Below, piece by piece: positions 26,690 to 38,800 of a stretch of 64,000 nucleotides of DNA. The position numbers and the translations under genes are program-made. Origin of the DNA: Roseibacillus sp. GTDB taxonomy: Bacteria; Verrucomicrobiota; Verrucomicrobiia; Verrucomicrobiales; Akkermansiaceae. Below the pieces are notes generated by a model, which was not told the DNA's origin, did not search any database, and worked only from the letters and a program-made list of their open reading frames with translations. Each line of letters begins with the position of its first letter. Position 1 is the stretch's first letter. The stretch is from assembly GCA_965242925.1 (NCBI GenBank), contig CBDEUM010000022.1, positions 1 through 64,000 of the forward strand. The letters run 5' to 3'.

Positions 26690-29600
26690 ATGATTCCCCG
26701 TCCCCGACTCCTTCTCCTGACATCACTCTTCCTTCCGCTCGCACTGGGAGCTTCCCTCGTTTCAGCCGCTCCCCGGATCACTGAGTTCATGGCTAGCAAC
26801 GACGGGATCATTACCGATGAGGACGGACACTTTTCGGACTGGATCGAGGTCCACAATCCCGATCCGGCCTCCCTCGATCTAGCTGGTTATGCTCTCACCG
26901 ATAACCCCTCCGATTTAACCAGGTGGATCTTTCCCACGGGTTCCACCGTGGCCGGCGGCAGCCATCTTCTCGTCTTTGCCTCCGGAAAGAACCGGGGCTC
27001 GACCGATGCGGAATTGCACACCAACTTCCAGTTGGATGCCACCGGTGAATACCTTGCCCTGGTCGCTCCGGATGGCACCACGATTCTCACCGAATTCGGT
27101 TCCGCGGCCCTGCCCTTCCCCAGGCAACGGACCGACATCTCCTACGGATCCGGGGAGGCGGCCCTGGAGACAGTCCTTCTTGGAGAGAATGCCACCCTGC
27201 GCTATCTTGTTCCATCCGACTCCGGGGCGCTCGATCCGGTTTGGGCGAGCAATTCCTTCGACGATGCCCAGTGGAGCACCGGCTTTTCCGGTATTGGTTT
27301 CGACGTGAACGGAGGCGGCGGAATCACCAGCACGCCGCTGGATCACTGGCCGTTCGATGACGGATTCGGCACCGTGACGCGCGACACCGCAGGCACCTTT
27401 CCCGGATCCCTCGTCGGAGCGGGAGACGGCTCAGCCTTCTGGGATCCGGACTCTCCGCAGGTTCCCGGTGGACCGGAGTCCTCGCTGCGCTTTGACGGCA
27501 CAAGCAACCATGTGCAGACCACCCTCCCCGGAATCGGAGGATCGGCTTCCCGCACGGTGGTTTTCTGGGTGAAATCCAGCAACACCGCTGACCACGGCAT
27601 CGTTTCCTGGGGTGACAGCACCACCAGCTCCCGCAGGTTCCACATCCGCCTCAACAGCAATCCTGGCAGCGGGACGACGGGAGCCATCCGCTGCGAAGTG
27701 GGCGGCGGCAACACGGTGGGATCCACCGTCCTCTCGGACAACCAGTGGCACCACGTCGCAGTCGTTTTAGAGGAAGACGCCACCCCCACCATCTCCGACG
27801 TCCGTTTCTATGTCGACGGAGTCCTCGATCCCAAGAGCGGAGCCGGGATCCTCGCGGTCGACACTGATATCTCCGGTCCCGATGCCGTCCCCGTGGTAAT
27901 CGGCCGCCGGGTGCAGGGAGCACCCCGCTACTTCTCGGGCAGACTGGCAGATGTCGCGATCTACGATGTCGCCCTGAGTCCGGACGCCGTCGCTCAACTT
28001 GCGGATGGTACTTCCAGACCGTCCAGTCCGATTGGCCTCGGCAACTACATCACCACCAACGTGGAAAACGTGATGCTCGACCGGAATGCCTCCCTCTTCA
28101 CCCGGACCACCTTCGACCTGCCAGCGACCCACCAACTGGATCAACTGCGCCTCTTCCTGCGCTATGACGATGGCGTCAGCGCCTTCCTCAACGGAGTGGA
28201 GGTGGTGCGAGAGAATGCTCCACCGGACAATCCCTGGAACGCAACTGCCCTGACCGGGCGTTCGGATCGCGAGGCGGTCACTCCCTCCGAGTTCAGTGCC
28301 TCCGCGGCCCTGCCAGCGCTTCGCCCGGTTGACAACGTGCTCGCCCTGCACGGAGTCAACCTCAGCGGTGCTGATGGGGACTTCCTCCTGCAGGCCCGCC
28401 TCACCGCCCTCGACCTGGAACGCCGGGCCGCCGGTTACTTCCTGAATCCGACCCCGGGAGCTCCCAATTCCGGGGAACCGGATGCCGGGGCCTTCGTGGC
28501 CGACACCGAATTCGCTCCCAACCGCGGATTCCGGGACCGCCCCTTCCAGCTTGAAATCACCAGTGCCACCGTCGGAGCCTCCATCTACTACACCCTTGAT
28601 GGCAGCGAACCCTCCCCGACCAACGGCACCTTCTACACCGCCCCCCTGACCATCAACAAGACGGAGACCGTTCGCGCGGCGGCCTTCAAGAACGGCCAGG
28701 TCCCCACCAACGTCGATACCCACACCTACATCTTCCCCTCCAGCGTGCTGGCACAGAGCACAACCCCTCCGGGCTTCCCCACTACCTGGGGAGCCCGCGC
28801 GACCGACTACGAGATGGACCCCGACCTCATCGGCAATGTCTATTCCGAGCAGCAAGTGATCGAATCGCTACGCTCCCTGCCCACTATCTCGGTTGTAATG
28901 AAAGTCGACGATCTCTTCGACGGCACCTCGGGATTCTATGCCAACTCCGGTCAACGCGGAGACCAATGGGAAAAGCCCTGCTCCTACGAGTTCTTCGACT
29001 TCCCGAACGGGGCGCAGACCCAGTTAAACGGCGCCATCCGCGCGGTGGGACGCGCCAGCCGCAATGCCAACCGGGGCAAGCACAACCTGCGAGCCGTCTT
29101 CCGTTCCGAATATGGACCTACCAGGCTCCGCTTCCCGCTCTTTCCCGAATCGGAAGTCACCGAGTTCAACTCTCTCATCCTGCGCGGAGGCAACGGTGAT
29201 TCCTGGCTGAACCCGGGCGTGGTGGAGCGCGCCCAGTATATCCGGGACCAGTGGCACCGCGACGCCCAGCGAGCCACCGGTCAGCCGTTCCAGCACCAGA
29301 TTTACGCCCACCTCTACCTCAACGGTCTCTACTGGGGCATGTATCACCTCTTCGAGCGCTTCGAGGACGACATGCTGGCCGCAGGTTTCGGGGGACGGGA
29401 AGAAGACTGGGACGCCATCAAGGATGCCGGGAGCGCAAGCGTCCTGGAGGTGGTCGACGGCGATCTCAGCGCGTGGAACCGGACCCTGGCTGTCACCCGA
29501 CGCGACATGAGCAACCCCCGGAACTACGCCAATGCCCTCATCTTCATCGATCCCGACACCTGGATCGATTACTTCCTGATGAACTTCTATTCCGGCAATA

Positions 29601-31675
29601 CCGACTGGGACCAGTCCAACTGGCGGGCAGGACGGCGCCGCGAGCGGGACGCCAAATGGATGCTCTTCGCGTGGGATTCCGAACGCACCGACCGCAATGC
29701 CACCCAGGGCACCAACTCCAGCACCAACAACGCCACCCTTGAGAATACCCCGAACTTCCCCTCCAGCGTGCACCAGAAGTTGACCGCCAACGAGGAATAC
29801 AAGTTGCGCTTCGCCGACCGGGTGCGCCTCCATTGCTTCAATGGCGGCACCTTTACCCCGGAAGGGGCCGAGCACCTCTGGAGTGCCCGCGCCCACGAGA
29901 TCTACGAACCGCTCATCGCGGAAGCAGTGCGCTGGGGTGATCGCCACCGCAATCCTCCCGCCCGCCGCGAAACCTACTGGCAGGACATGTATGACACCAT
30001 GCGCCGCAGCTTCTTCCCCCGGCGGACCGACACCCTCCTCTCCCAACTCCGCGCCCGTGGCCTCTACCCCTCGGTGGACGCCCCCGACTTCACACCTCAC
30101 GGCGGCGTCTTCGCCAGCGTGGCGGAAGTGACCATGGAGGCTCCTACCGGCGGATCCATCTACTACACCCTCGACGGAAGCGACCCGCGTCGCCCCACCA
30201 CTGCCGGGGCTGAAACCATCCTCCTCCCGGAGGGATCACCGGCACGGGCGTTCATCCCCGGAAACGATGCCCTGGGCCTGGACTGGACCGGCATGAATTT
30301 CGACGATTCTGACTGGTCCAGCGGAGCGAGCGGGATCGGATTCGAACTCGACAGTGGCTTCGAGGGATTGTTCGGAATTGATCTCAGCGCCATGCACGGC
30401 GTCAACGGCTCAGCCTACGCCCGCTGGGAATTTGATATCCCGGACCAGGCGAAACTCGATGCCATCACCTCGCTCACCCTGCGTGCCCGCCATGACGACG
30501 GCTTCATCGCCTACCTCAACGGTCACGAAGCAGCCTCTGCCAATCGGCCTGTCTCCCCCTCCTGGAACTCCACCGCCCCGGTCGCCCATCCCGACGGCGC
30601 CGCCACCGAGTTTTCCGGATTTAACCTCGCGAGTGTCATCGGCCACCTGCGTCTCGGCACCAACGTCCTGGCAGTGCACTGCCTGAACCAGGAAATCGAT
30701 AGCAACGATCTCCTCTTTATTCCCGAACTCACTGCCGCCACCGGAGTCATCACCTCGGGAATCTCGCCTGCTGCACTTGTCTACCAGGGACTTCCTCTTT
30801 CCCTCGACACAAGCACGCGACTCAAGGCACGCGTCCTCGAAAACGGAACCTGGTCCGCGATCACCACCGCGGTCTTCACCGCTGGGACACCCGCCACTAT
30901 CGGACATCTCGCGATCAGTGAAATTCATTACCACCCGGTCGACGATGCTCCCACCGAGTTCCTGGAACTGATCAACATCTCCAACGAACTCATTGACCTG
31001 ACCGGACTCACCTTCACCAACGGCATCGACTTCACCTTCCCGGAAACCACCATGCTCGCTCCAGGTGAACGCATCCTCGTGGTGGAGGATATCACCTCCT
31101 TCGAGATCGCCTATGGCCTCGGACTGCCCATTGCAGGATCTTTCGAAAACAACACCCGCCTCGCCAACAATGGAGAGCGCCTCACCCTGATCGCCCGCGA
31201 CGGCTCCATCATCCTCAACTTCCGCTTCCGCGATCAGCATCCCTGGCCTGAAGCCCCGGACGGAACTGGACGGAGCCTCGTTCCGGTCACCCCCGGGAAC
31301 ACCTTGAGCACCGATCCCCTGGAATGGCGGTCCAGCCTCTTCCCGGGGGGAAATCCTGGCTGGTCCGATACAATTCCCTTTCCTGTAGATGGAGAGGAAA
31401 CCTTGCTGACCTACGCTCTTGCAGGTTCCGGAACCCCCCGTATCATTGTGGAAAACGACATCCCCCTTCTCCTCTTCCGGAGATCCACGGCCGCCGATCA
31501 TGCAACGGTCTGGGTGGACTTCTCTCCCGATCTGCAGAACTGGTTCCCGGCCAAGCCGGAGGACTTCCTCTCCCGGGAAGACCACCCCGACGGCACGACG
31601 ACCTACCGCTTCGCCATGCCCACCACGCAACCTCTCACCCATCACTTTGCCCGCCTTCGTCTGGAGACACGGTAA
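26690..31675 (+). CDS. Exported CotH-kinase-like protein with lamin-tail, LamG and chitobiase-C/Fn3-associated domains
   Basis: Signal peptide from ATG 26690; ITEFMASN..DWIEVHN lamin-tail; LamG WHHVAV..FYVDG; IYYTLDGSEP; CotH HLYLNGLYWGMYHLFE, NTDWDQSNW, WDSE; second lamin-tail ISEIHYHP; C-terminal SPDLQNW...HFARL. Confidence 0.9.
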   Translation: MIPRPRLLLLTSLFLPLALGASLVSAAPRITEFMASNDGIITDEDGHFSDWIEVHNPDPASLDLAGYALTDNPSDLTRWIFPTGSTVAGGSHLLVFASGKNRGSTDAELHTNFQLDATGEYLALVAPDGTTILTEFGSAALPFPRQRTDISYGSGEAALETVLLGENATLRYLVPSDSGALDPVWASNSFDDAQWSTGFSGIGFDVNGGGGITSTPLDHWPFDDGFGTVTRDTAGTFPGSLVGAGDGSAFWDPDSPQVPGGPESSLRFDGTSNHVQTTLPGIGGSASRTVVFWVKSSNTADHGIVSWGDSTTSSRRFHIRLNSNPGSGTTGAIRCEVGGGNTVGSTVLSDNQWHHVAVVLEEDATPTISDVRFYVDGVLDPKSGAGILAVDTDISGPDAVPVVIGRRVQGAPRYFSGRLADVAIYDVALSPDAVAQLADGTSRPSSPIGLGNYITTNVENVMLDRNASLFTRTTFDLPATHQLDQLRLFLRYDDGVSAFLNGVEVVRENAPPDNPWNATALTGRSDREAVTPSEFSASAALPALRPVDNVLALHGVNLSGADGDFLLQARLTALDLERRAAGYFLNPTPGAPNSGEPDAGAFVADTEFAPNRGFRDRPFQLEITSATVGASIYYTLDGSEPSPTNGTFYTAPLTINKTETVRAAAFKNGQVPTNVDTHTYIFPSSVLAQSTTPPGFPTTWGARATDYEMDPDLIGNVYSEQQVIESLRSLPTISVVMKVDDLFDGTSGFYANSGQRGDQWEKPCSYEFFDFPNGAQTQLNGAIRAVGRASRNANRGKHNLRAVFRSEYGPTRLRFPLFPESEVTEFNSLILRGGNGDSWLNPGVVERAQYIRDQWHRDAQRATGQPFQHQIYAHLYLNGLYWGMYHLFERFEDDMLAAGFGGREEDWDAIKDAGSASVLEVVDGDLSAWNRTLAVTRRDMSNPRNYANALIFIDPDTWIDYFLMNFYSGNTDWDQSNWRAGRRRERDAKWMLFAWDSERTDRNATQGTNSSTNNATLENTPNFPSSVHQKLTANEEYKLRFADRVRLHCFNGGTFTPEGAEHLWSARAHEIYEPLIAEAVRWGDRHRNPPARRETYWQDMYDTMRRSFFPRRTDTLLSQLRARGLYPSVDAPDFTPHGGVFASVAEVTMEAPTGGSIYYTLDGSDPRRPTTAGAETILLPEGSPARAFIPGNDALGLDWTGMNFDDSDWSSGASGIGFELDSGFEGLFGIDLSAMHGVNGSAYARWEFDIPDQAKLDAITSLTLRARHDDGFIAYLNGHEAASANRPVSPSWNSTAPVAHPDGAATEFSGFNLASVIGHLRLGTNVLAVHCLNQEIDSNDLLFIPELTAATGVITSGISPAALVYQGLPLSLDTSTRLKARVLENGTWSAITTAVFTAGTPATIGHLAISEIHYHPVDDAPTEFLELINISNELIDLTGLTFTNGIDFTFPETTMLAPGERILVVEDITSFEIAYGLGLPIAGSFENNTRLANNGERLTLIARDGSIILNFRFRDQHPWPEAPDGTGRSLVPVTPGNTLSTDPLEWRSSLFPGGNPGWSDTIPFPVDGEETLLTYALAGSGTPRIIVENDIPLLLFRRSTAADHATVWVDFSPDLQNWFPAKPEDFLSREDHPDGTTTYRFAMPTTQPLTHHFARLRLETR

Positions 31676-31717
31676 CCCGTTGACAGCAAGGTCGATGAAT
31701 AACCTGTAACCTGCCTG

Positions 31718-32468
31718 ATGATGATCCTTCTCAATCGCTCATGCCGCCCTTCCCTCCTTTTGATCACCACTCTTGGGACAACCGCCATCCTGCCCCTTGT
31801 CGCGATCGCCGATGAATCCAAACCCAACACCTTGTCCGCCGGGGAAAAGGACGACGGATGGCAACTCCTCTTCGATGGAAGGAAACCGACTTCCTGGCGC
31901 AGTTTCGGGAAGGCGTCCTCGCCCGGGAACGGATGGGAAGTCTCGGAAGGCTGGCTGGTCAAAAAGGGCGGACAGAAACCCGGAAATCTCGTGACCCGCC
32001 TTCCCACAGGAGTTCACCGACTTCGAGTTTTCCTGGGAGTGGCGCATGGCCCGGGGAGGCAACAACGGGGTGAAATACTTCGTGGACGAGAAGCGTGGCA
32101 ACCTGGGCCATGAGTACCAGATGCTGGCCAGCCCCGGGGGGAAGGCCAGCAAGGGCGCCACCGCCGGATTCTACGCCGTGCTGGCCCCGCACGATCTCCC
32201 GGCCATCAAGGCGGCTCCGGAAATCAACCACTCCCGCATTTCCGTCCAGGGTCGGAACGTTCGCCACTGGCTCAACGGCAAACTAGTCCTCGAGTATACC
32301 TGCGGCAGCGAAAAGGTCCTCGCCAACGTCGCCCTGAGCAAGTTCAAGAACGTTCCCCATTTCGGCAAGAAACTGACCGCCCGTATCATGCTCACCGACC
32401 ACGGCAGCGAGTGCGCCTTCCGGAACCTCAAGATCCGCGAATTGCCCGCCGGTGCCGCCCGAGAGTGA
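31718..32468 (+). CDS. DUF1080 protein with a frameshift near 32000-32006
   Basis: NTLSAGEKDDGWQLLFDG, GWEVSEG, GNLVTR, then a shifted frame QEFTDFEFSWEWRMARGGNNGVKY..HEYQM..HWLNG..LTDHGSECAFRNLKIREL. Confidence 0.85.
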
Positions 32469-32815
32469 ATTCTCGGTCTCCTGCCGCCCCGGCACTCCCC
32501 GGCACTCCCCGGACCCTGATTTTCCTGTGGGCGGGAGACCCCAGCGGCCCCACCTGTCAAGCTCGCCACAATGGACGGCGAACTGGCTGAAAGGAATGCC
32601 TTTAAGACTGCGACCCTGATTCTGGGTCGCCCTTTTCCTCCTGCAATCCGACACCGAAAAACAATTTCCTTAGGCATTGTGTATATCTTCGTCAAATAAC
32701 GGCACGCGACCTTGACCAGCCACCTGTAATCTCCAAAGTTTCCACAATCGTGTGAGGGCCTGAATCCCAGCGGAATTCTTCGGCCTTTCCCCAACAAACC
32801 ACCTCCCTCAAATAG

Positions 32816-35800
32816 ATGAAAACCCTGTGTTCCCGGATGCTGGCCCTGCCAGTGATCGCAGTGCTCGTATTGACCTGCCTGCCCCTTCACGCGCAACTGA
32901 CCGCCACCGCCGGTGAAATCGCAGTTCGAAGCAACCAGAACGCCGCCAACCTGGCGACCAATCCGGGAGACGACATCGCGATTCAGTTCGACCGCGATGT
33001 CCTGGACGGCTCCGACTTCGCCGCCTCCGCAGACCATGTCCTCAGCCAGGGCAAATACCTCGTGCTCTACAGCACGCGGTGGGATCACAGCGGCGGTCAA
33101 CAACGCGCCGAGATCAGTACCCGCCTCACCCTCGAACCGGCGGGAGGAGGCGCCCCGGTCGATCTCAAATACGGCACCGCGCAGGGGTTCATCCGGACCT
33201 CCAGTGGCGCCAACGAGGCCGTGGTCTCGGGCGGCACCATCGTGGAAGCGGCCGCCACCGGCGACATCCTGCGTCTGCACGGCACTCGCACCGACGAGAA
33301 CGCCACCAGCGTGAAAAACCTCCGTGGGACCGGGCTCTCCTCCATCCAGTTCCTCAAGCTCGATGACAGCTGGGACTACCTCAGGGTCAGCCGCACCACC
33401 GATACCGCCGCGCCCACAAATGACACTTTCGCGAGTGTCAGTTACGAGCTTGAGGATGAGTCCTCCCTCGGCGCCATGAGCCTCAGCTCTGGCACCGACA
33501 TCACCTTCAACCAGGATGGCAGCTACCTCGTGATGGCCAACACCTCCCTTCTCAGCACCAACCTCGCCAGCACCGCCCGCACCGGCTACGGGCAGCGGCT
33601 GACGCTGGATGGTACGCTCGTTGCAGGATCCACCACCACCAGTTACGTGCGGGGTCACGTAAACGCTGACGGATGCCACGACGGCGTGCTGGCAATCGGA
33701 ACGATTGTGCAGGCCACCGCCGGCCAGGTCCTCAATGTGCAGACCCGCAAGGAGCAGGGCATCAACTGCACTATCACCAGTGCCGGTACCGGTCTGGCGA
33801 TCGTGCAACTTCCCTCCACCGGAAGTTACCTCAGCCTCAGCGACAATTCCGGCCAGAACCTCAATGCCGCCGCCCCCGGAGCATCCGTAAATTTCGACAC
33901 CACGGTCAACTCGACGGGCCTCGCTTTCAGCCACACATCCGGCACGAGCGCGGTGACCGTGAATAAGACCGGCACCTACCTCTTCCTCTCCGGCTTCTTC
34001 TGTCTCGAGGACACCGCCGACCGCCAGGTCCCCTGGCAGACTTGGAAGGTCAACGGGACCACCGCCTACGGCGGGTCGGCCCGCTACTCCCGGAACAACC
34101 AGATCGACCGGAACGGGAACTGGTCCGGCCTTCTGGCCTCGCTCACCGCCACAGACACGGTGGAGGTCAACTCCCAGGCCCTCGGCGCGGGCGGCAGCGT
34201 CCCGGGCAACGACCTCGGCCTGCAGGGTGTCCACATCGAGTCTCTCTTCCCCTCCGACGACCCGGCAATCACAGCCAACAGCCCGCTCAATGCGGTGGTA
34301 AACTCCCTGGGCAACGTGATCACTGACGACACGCATCTTCTCACCACCGACAACAACACCGGGGCCGACGGGCTCACCTACACGATCGACACCGCCATCA
34401 CGGGCGGGATCCTCAAACTCAGCGGCACCGCCCTCGCGGTGGGCGGCACCTTCACCCAGGCTGACGTCAATGGCGATCTGCTGACCTTTGACGCCGGAGC
34501 CGCAGCGGTAAACGGAGGATTCGACTTCACGGTCTCGGATGGCGGAGGTGGTCCCGCTTCGGGAACCTTCTCGATCAATGTAGGCATCGCCACTGTTCTG
34601 GTTGCCGATGCCGGAACCACCGATGAAGATACCGGCGCCACCGAAGCCGATCTCACCACCGGGGCCGACCTCCTGGCCAACGACACCGGAAGTTCCCTGG
34701 TCGTGACCAGCTTTGATTCCACCAGCACCAATGGCGCCGCCGTCACGGTGAGCCCGACCGGGACCTTCACTTACGATCCGACCGGATCCGCAAGCTTGCA
34801 GGTATCCGCAGTGGGGGAATCCCTCGCGGACACCTTCGATTACACCGTCACGGACGTCTTCGGGATCATGACCAGCGCGACCGTGACCATCACGGTGGAC
34901 GGCGTCAACGATGTCCCGGTGGTGGTGGCGGAATCTCACCGAACCTTGGGTGGAGCGATCACCAACAACCTCCTCGCCAACGATAGCGACGCCGATGTAT
35001 CCGACACGCTGACGGTATCCAATTTTGATGCGGCGGGCAACGGAGGGGCTGTTCCGGTCCCCGGTCCCCTGGTTTTCGCCAGTGCACAGGGTGCCACGGT
35101 CTCAATTTCCTCGAATGGGGCCTTCAGCTACGACCCCAGCACCTCGGCCGCCATCCTGGCCCTCGCCGACGGCGCGACCCTTAGCGAGACCTTCAGCTAC
35201 GACGTCTTCGATGGCACCTCTGCGGTTGCCACCACCGTCACGGTCACCTCGGTGGGGACCGTCGGTGCCTCAGGCGACCTTGCGGCGGTTGCGGCCAATG
35301 CCACCGTCAACTTCAATGCCCTGACCAACGACAGCCGCTACAGCGGAACAGTCGGTTCTCCCACCGCGGGGGCGGAACTGGAGTTTCTCGCCGATGGTGT
35401 TGGCAATTCCAGTGCCACGTGGCTGAACACGGGAACCGCAACCGTGGCCTCCATTCCCAACGGCGGAACCGCCTTGATTGACGCCACCCACAATCTCACC
35501 CCGTCGAATCCGCTTCCTGGAATGGCGGCCACCTACGATTTTGCCGGGACCGAAGGGATCGAGCACGACGGCTTCGATGCTGTCCCTTACGGTCAATCCG
35601 ATCTGGGCAATGCCTCCATCGAATTCCTCTTCCGCCCCTCGGACCAGGTTGGCGACGAGGTCCTCCTGGAAGTCGGCGGGAAGACGGACGGGGCGTCCAT
35701 CTGTCTGGTTGACAACCTGGTGGTGTGGTCCGCCTGCGACAATGGAACCCAATCCGCCCAGGCGGTGGCCATCCTTCCGCCCGGAGCAGTGGCAGGGGGA

Positions 35801-38800
35801 GAGTGGGTGCACATCGTCTGCAAAATTGATCTCGCCAGCGACAACGCGGAAATCTGGCTGAATGGCGTCCTGACCGACAGCAATGGGGCAGTGAATGTCA
35901 ACAATGGCGCAGCGGGCAATCTCGCAGACTGGTGCGGCACGGACGCGGGCGGCATCGGTCGCCGGCTGACTGATGTGGGCGGCGATCTTAATGGTCTTGG
36001 CAATTTTGGAACCACTGATCTTGGAGACCAGACCGACTATGCGGGTGAGGTCGCGCTTCTGCGCACCTACGAGTCTCTCCTCACCTCGGCCCAGGTGATG
36101 GCCAACTTCCAGGCTCTGGTGGGCGCCACGGTGGGAGCGCCGGGGGCAGGAGATGTCACTGATCTCAACGGCACAGCATCCCCAGTCCCGGGAACCACCG
36201 TTGTAGTGCTCCCGTCCGGCGCGACGGTGGCCTTCGAACTCGACGGCTCCTTCACCTACGACCCCAACGGAGCCTTCGACGACTTGGGGGTGGGGCTGAC
36301 TGCGCAGGAGAGTTTCACCTACACCATCGACAATCACCACAATGCCTCCACCACCGTCGTAATCACCATCGACGGCACCAACACTGACGCCCAGCTCAAC
36401 CTCGCCGCCGACCAGGCCAGTGTGACCGAGGGCAACGACGCCTCCTTCACCATCACCTCGAGCCTGGCCCTCCCCTCCGATGTCGAGGCCAGCCTGAGCT
36501 ACAGTGGAACGGCCCAGGATGGTAGTGACTTCAACGGGAACGCGACAGTCACCCTCTCCAGTGGCGGCACGGAATTCGACCTGACCCTCTCCGCGATTGC
36601 CGATTCCCTCTACGAGGGCTCGGAAACCCTCACCGTGACCATCGACAGCGTGACCGGCTCCGCGGTCTTGGGCGCCAACCCGGCGGCCTCCACCACCATT
36701 GCCGATTCCGACAGTCCCCCCGTCCTTTCCATCGGCACCCCGGCTGGAAACACCACCGAAGGCAGCAGGGTGGACTTCACCGTGACTGCCAGCGTGGCCT
36801 CCAGCGTGGCGGTCACCGTCGACGTGGCCTACTCCGGCGCAGCCGGTCCCGAGGACTTCTGTGAGCAGGAGCAGATCACCATCCCGGCCGGACAGACCGC
36901 CGCCACCGCAAGCCTGTTGGTGCTCGACGACGCCGTGGCCGAGGGGAATGAGACCCTCACCGCCACCATCAGCAACCCGTCGCTCGGGTCGTTGGCTACA
37001 ACGGAAACTGATGGCCTGATTGCCTATTATGACTTCAACTCGGACACCGCCGCTGACACCTCGAGTGCGCTCGGCGGCAGCACCTCGGCCAACGATGGCT
37101 CGTGGACCGGAACCGCCGTCTACAAGGACGGCGCCTTCGGCCGCGCGGTGGAGGTCGGTGATGGTGCCGGATCCAACTTTATCACCGCCAGCGGGGCAGA
37201 ATATGAGTTCGGGACGGCCACCAGTTTCACCGTGGTCTACTGGCTCAATACCGAGGATGCCATCCCCGGGGACCCATCAGTCATTGCCGGCGGCGGCAAG
37301 AACTGGTCGGCAAGCGGCGGTTCGCTCGGTTGGGTCTCGGCGATTGCCGGTGATGACCTCGACGCCAACATCGGCGACGGTTCAAACCGCGGCGACGCGG
37401 CGGTGATCGACATCGACCATGACACCTACTGGACCAACCGGGGAGAGCCGGGGGATCACTGGAACTTTGTGGCCATGGTCATCGACCGCGACGCGCAGAC
37501 CCTCACCAACTACGCGGCTGATGAATGGGTCACCGTGTCCGGCACCTCCTGGGCATCGGGAGTCACGGGCCAGGACTTTGGACAGGATTCCTCCTCCCCG
37601 ACCACTGATTCAGATATCTCCAATGTGGGTGATCTCACCGCAGGCAACCTCGACATCGTCATGGGACAGGACGGCGACGGGGCCGGCTACAGCCTGCCCG
37701 CCTCCGGCCTTGATGATGTCTCGATCTGGAACCGCGCTCTCACCCGGGCTGAGCTGTGGGAGATTTACGCCGAGGGCCGCTCCAATGCCACCTCACTCGG
37801 TGCAATCGTCGCGGCCAGGACCCCCCCCAATACCGCCACCGCCACCATCGCCGATGGCGCCGGCCAGGTGGTCTTCAACGCCTCCTTCGAAGGAATTGAT
37901 CCGGCCGCTACGCCGGGCGGCACCCTCCTCAACGGGGACGCCCCCTTCGCCGCCAATCTGGGGACCTCGGTCGGCAACTGGGCCAACGTCTTTACCGCTG
38001 ACGCAGCCGGCAACGACCCGGGCGTCATCGCCGAGACCGGAGCCGACGCGAAGGGAGACGGCGTCGACAATGCCCTGCGCCTCGATCGTCCGGCGGCAAC
38101 GCAGGATGTCTGCGCCCAGTTCGACGGAGCCATCGATATCAGTGGATCCAACACCGGGATGATTTCCTTCGATCTCGCCACCCGGCGGACGCAGGGCAAC
38201 TCTGCCGCCAAGAGCACCACCATCATCGGTCTCGATGAGGCCGGGAACAAGTCCTTCGAACTCTTCCTTGATGCCAACAACAACGGGACGACCCACGAGC
38301 AACTCTTCCACGTGGACAGCAGCGGCACGAAGACTGCCCTCGGAAACGTGCAAGACTTCGACAACAGTGGCGGTTGGAACGAGGACCGCATGTCGAACGT
38401 CCGGATCGGACTCACCAGCACGGGCTACTGCGTCCAGATCGAGAAGTTCCCGCTCGGCACCACCCCTGCCCCGGACACCACCACCGGTGGACTCTCCTAC
38501 GCCGGCAATGCCACTACCATCACACAGGTGGTCTTCCGGGTCTCGGGCAGCGCCGACACCGGTATCAGCGGCGGGATCTACCTCGACGATGTCAGGGCCG
38601 CAGGCAGTGCTCTCACCACCCAGGAGGCCTGGCGCCTCGCCTTCTTCGGCAGCGGAGACAACTCCGGTGACGGGGCCGACGGCAATGACGCCAATGGCAA
38701 CGGACTCTCCAACCTGCTCGACTTCGCCTACGGATTCAACCCGGACGGGCCCAACAGCTCCGCCGATTCCCTCGAAGTGAGCAACCCCGGACCCAACGGA

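Noticed and set aside
32487..32516. Short tandem repeat CCCCGGCACT, about 2.5 copies, after the DUF1080 stop
   Set aside because: Too short and low-complexity in a GC-rich genome to support a function.
32171..34939. 922-aa minus-strand ORF and its look-alike at 50091-51503 (+)
   Set aside because: Antisense shadows of the two adhesin genes; their similarity only reflects the inverted repeat.
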